Shown here piece by piece: positions 60,034 through 64,000 of a stretch of DNA of 64,000 nucleotides (position 1 is its first letter; every line of letters starts with the position of its first letter). This DNA comes from Nematostella vectensis (lineage: Eukaryota), in the NCBI RefSeq assembly GCF_932526225.1, contig NC_064039.1, forward strand, positions 6,321,459-6,385,458. Reading direction: 5' to 3'. Made by a program: the position numbers and the translations under genes. The notes beneath the pieces were generated by a model. That model did no database searches, had not been told where the DNA came from, and worked only from the letters and a program-made list of their open reading frames with translations.

Positions 60034-63000
60034 GTAAAGCTAAGATTACTGCCTGTGTTATTATTTTTGCCAGTTGAAGTCTAGTTTGAGGGGAATTTAT
60101 ACAAGTGTTGCGCTAAGAGCTATTTGTCATTCATAGACTTAGCAAATCTAGCACGCCATATTTGCAAAGGTCTTGAAGTTCCTAACGGTGTTTCTGCCCT
60201 TGAATTTTTTACTGAAATCTTCAAGAATCCATTCCTCTGGTCATAGGTAATTTGGGGCTATTTTTGGGTAATATTATGCCAACAGATGTACGTGAACTGT
60301 ATTTATTATGCGACGCGTGTTCGAATGAGATTCCGGAGTTGTGGATATTTTAAAGCATGTGAGGGCTATACGTCCACATTCCAACGAAGTCTTCGCGAGC
60401 TATATCTATGTTATGCACTTTAAATCGTCAGATTAAATTACTTATTATGGGAAATATAGCATAAGAATTTTGCATATCCCCATAATTTCTTTACCAAACC
60501 GTAGGAAATATTTGCAATTGCGTTTATATCATGTCCGTGTGATTTCATTCAAACTACTTCCTAAATATCGCTGTTTGGAACTTCTTAGTATAACTGCGTT
60601 CCTAGTTCTAATCTGTGATTCTTTAATTTTCAGGGGGACGAACAGTTGATAGAAAGGCTTTCCGGCTTGGATGGAATGAATACGGACTCTAGTGGTAACA
60701 TGAAAACAGATAAAGGCAAAAACCGAGTACGAGTTTTAGCCGAGGTGAGAAATGTGGGGGCGCGTTTGCGCGAGGTTCCATCCCGAATGTTTCGCGCGCA
60801 GAGACATTTTTCCACTTTCTGGATAAACCATGAATCTATCAGTATTTTAGAGCGATTTCTAGTGATCACATTCCTCCAGTCAGAGCATGCAGCTGCTGTT
60901 ACGATATTAAAATTTTAAATCCTAACTCCTCCCGACCTATTTGGCGAACCAGTGTTTATAAACAATATAGAGAATTTGGCGACCTTTAAAACTGAATTAA
61001 CACACATAATTTACTCTGTCGGTCTCGAGATATTAGTTAGAGCATTTTGACCGAGATACGGCGGTAAAGTTATAATCTATGAACCCTGCGATCATAGATG
61101 ACCGGCTATTCATCGGAATTTGAGAGTATTATCTGCGCGAGTGTCATATGTTACGCCGGATCCGCTATCTCCCGAACAGTCGCATTCCAAATCTTTTTGA
61201 AGTCTAATGCACAATACACTATACAAATTTTCAATGTGTACTACCTAGAAAAATAAAACGCAACGCGTGAGGGCTATTAGGCTTCTTCCAGTGCTATTTG
61301 ACATGTCGTGATTTGGCTGTATAAATAATATCGGTACTTCCAAATGATTCATTCTTAACGAGATGTTCTATCAGTCATGCACGGCTAAATAATATTGCTC
61401 TGCATCGTTCCAATTATAAATACCATTTTTGGCTCTTAAATTTATGGTTTTGCAATTTCTTATCAGCATTTGCTACTCCTATGGGTTGTCTTGTGTTTTC
61501 GGCCATTATAAAATCTCAGTGCTGGAATTGCAAATCGCTTAACTCAATTTCCGTACTAATCAACGGTGGTTTACGTATGTTCCTGTGCTTGTAAACTTGT
61601 TAGTTTTTACTCGAAACATTTATCTTACAAGGATAATGTACTCTTGTTCCTGTCAAGGTAATAGCTTTTCGATTGGACGACTTCTTTGGAATGTTTACTT
61701 TATTTGTGTAACAAAGGCCTTGGATTGCCTGATGTTAGTTAACAACTACAGTACTACTTGTAGTAATTGCCAGGTATTCTTGTAGTTGTACATTGTAACA
61801 GGTTACTTTAATATGTAAAATGCTGAATTATAAACAGAGGTAGCCAGACCAATTATCATTCGTATTTGTATATCATGAAATGTTATATACTTGTTCGCAG
61901 CTAATGTTACGCTTAATTACATGTTGTCCATATGCATCATCCAATTCTTTCAATGCACAGATGATTTATGTATTTTTTAACACAGGGAAATTTAATAAAA
62001 CCCTGACAAATTTGTGGTTACCAATAAGGCACCATAGCAAAGAGATTCTTTTTTTCAGCCTCTCATATTCTATGTTGTCACTGTTCTGATAAAGCTTTTA
62101 ATATTTTATGTTTATTTTACATTGTCTGATATTTTTACACCTTTATTTAACCTAAACCTAATTTTTTTATTGGAAGACAGCTATAATACCATTGGATTCT
62201 AGCACATACAGCTCCAGAAACCACTAAATACAGTACTTTGAAGCACCTAGGGATTCCAAATGTGTTATACTCATCATTTAGTGTTCATAAAATGCTTGCA
62301 TAATGATATTCGATTGTAATTAACACTCTATATCCTTTGATGATCGGTGGAGTGTGTACAACACTTATCAATTGTAAACAATTCAGCCCAAATGAAGGCT
62401 ATCCTGTTAGCTAACAGTGACTTCTATTCAATGCCTAAAATACTTTAGTTTGCACAGCATTCAAGTGCATCAATCACTTATTCATGGTTCACCTTTAAGT
62501 CTGCTAGGCACTGTTTAGATTTATTTTGCATTCCTTTGGGAATAGTGTTTTTTTAGTAAATTTTTGTCCAGTGGAATAGTTGACATCTCCCCCAATGAAT
62601 GATAGCTGATAGTGCTTTCTCATCTTGTATTATCATTATTTATTTTTGCCCCCCCCCCCTTCCCTTCTTATAGTCAGATCCAATGTGTTTTTATCCTGCC
62701 AAACAAAATTCTCATGAAGTGTTATATTGTCATGATTTTCACCGGATAAACCTGCTAAGCTTAAAGCTCTTATTACCTGCTAACCTCCTCTGTGAGAGAT
62801 TTGCAAAAGCAATCGCAAATTTCCGACTACTTGGAATTTATATCTGTCTCTTACCTCATTCTCTTGTCTCAGATTGTTTGGTTGATCTGAGTACAGTATT
62901 ATAATTGCCCATATTTATTTCTAGTTATCTACAGACATAACAGTCTGCTTTTGCAGACTAAGGTTATTATAATATCTCACAGAAAAAAGAGGCTATAGAG

Positions 63001-64000
63001 ATCTATATGCTACTATTTTCAATTACATATCAAGAAGGCTTTGATAGCTTGTAACTGATTCAAAAGACATTTTACTTGTTATAATCATAAAACTGCTGAC
63101 TCTGGATATTAAGACTAATGTTTTAATAGACACATTTAGACAACTTGTTTTCCAGAATTACCCTAAAGGTTCATTTTCCACATTTTTTTCCAAGTCCAAT
63201 TGAAACTAATGCTGTCTCTCTAAGAATTTCACAGGTGGTTGCAAGGTAGTTTTTTCAGGAAATGAAATGCAAATGAAAAAAAAAAAACCCAAAGATTTTA
63301 AAAGTTATCTTTGACATGTAGCCATACAATTTTGGTTAATTAAGATAAAACCTTATCAGTAGACTCGTTTCTCCAAAAGATGTGTTAAAAACAAAGATGT
63401 ATGTTTAATTTGGCAGTTTTAGTTTAGCAATGAGATTAGAAGATGTTTTAATAATTTTGATTATTATTTTTCTTTAATAAAGCTAAAAAAGTGTCCAAAC
63501 CACAGTAATGTGACCAAGGAGGAAATTGTTTTCATCTCATTAATATTGAATTACCTTATATTTTTATTGCTCAGAGAGCAAAAATAGTATTAAAGCTAAA
63601 ATAATTATAGAAATTAGTCTTCAGTAATATGTTATTTCCTAGCTAATGTTATATCATCGGCCTTCAAATAATAACTTTGGCCCAAATAACAAATACAATA
63701 TATAGAACTAATAAAAGGCTCTGTGAGCCAACTCAGGAATGTAAATTTATTTTTCTAGTTATTTTTGTGTGTGCATAAAAGATATACAGGATACTGAACA
63801 AAGCATGAACACATCCAAGATGCTGAGAGTACATAGAAATGTCCTTATACCTTTTATAATTAATAAAAGTATAATAAAAGTATAGTTAAGTATAATTAAT
63901 TAATTATTATTATTATAAACAATTAAAAAAAAAAACAGAAAAAAATAGCGCTATTAGTGGAAATCGAACCCAGGTTGCTCCCGTCGGGACAAGTGTCCTC

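Noticed and set aside
60633-60745. Second liprin-alpha exon (GDEQLIERLSGLDGMNTDSSGNMKTDKGKNRVRVLAE) with a ttttcag acceptor and gtgaga donor
   Set aside because: It does not match the highly conserved liprin-alpha sequence that follows exon 1 (EFAALTKEL...). It is probably a fortuitous ORF, and the real exon 2 is beyond the window.
63945-64000. Possible minus-strand tRNA 3' half (reverse complement ...aacctgggttcgatttccactaatagcgcta has a GGTTCGATT T-loop-like motif)
   Set aside because: The T-stem pairs only 4 of 5. The upstream region folds into a 3-nt-loop hairpin (ggaca ctt tgtcc) rather than a 7-nt anticodon loop. The sequence is truncated by the window edge. It could be a tRNA-derived SINE head, but it is not a supportable tRNA gene call.
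1-64000. Prokaryotic operon, defence island or other novel bacterial system
   Set aside because: There are no long uninterrupted ORFs, no RBS-spaced gene arrays and no bacterial-style gene arrangement. Coding sequence is split by GT-AG introns. Satellites, a LINE and metazoan genes are present. The window is from a eukaryotic chromosome.

Overview
This window is eukaryotic (metazoan) nuclear DNA, not a prokaryotic locus. It has spliced multi-exon genes with GT-AG introns, a LINE, several MITE-like foldback elements, many kilobases of satellite DNA and about 38-40% GC. ShKT-domain sequence, LMF, LRRC56 and liprin-alpha homologues together suggest a cnidarian-like marine invertebrate, but that is inference. 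All recognised genes lie on the + strand. (1) Two tandem three-exon paralogues of a small HAD-superfamily hydrolase at 20.4-23.2 kb and 25.0-27.4 kb. (2) A lipase-maturation-factor gene (LMF1/LMF2 family) of at least 17 exons at 29.5-39.6 kb. (3) An LRRC56-like leucine-rich-repeat gene from 44.9 kb to at least 55.2 kb, with a frameshifted APE+RT LINE (about 48.0-51.2 kb, (ATT)n tail) in intron 7. (4) The first coding exon of liprin-alpha (PPFIA) at 59.8-60.0 kb. The rest is repeat-dominated. There is a roughly 6 kb satellite of 44-49 bp monomers (1.2-7.2 kb) with a homogenised core. A 74-78 bp satellite at 12.45-16.2 kb is interrupted twice by a duplicated 0.75 kb spacer. 40 bp and 56-59 bp satellites sit inside introns. 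A dispersed element family carries 18-23 nt poly-G/poly-C tracts, and several short TIR/foldback elements are present. The most unusual structure is at 16.6-18.1 kb. A fragment of HAD copy 1 (3' end of intron 1, acceptor and the first 85 bp of exon 2) is duplicated about 5 kb upstream. It sits between 130 bp direct repeats taken from the 3' end of an RPA70-like OB-fold/zinc-ribbon ORF, which suggests Helitron-like gene-fragment capture. A complete ShKT (ShK-toxin-like) six-cysteine domain lies within LMF intron 2 with splice-like edges. No CRISPR arrays or prokaryotic operons are present. One truncated tRNA-like sequence at the window edge was rejected.
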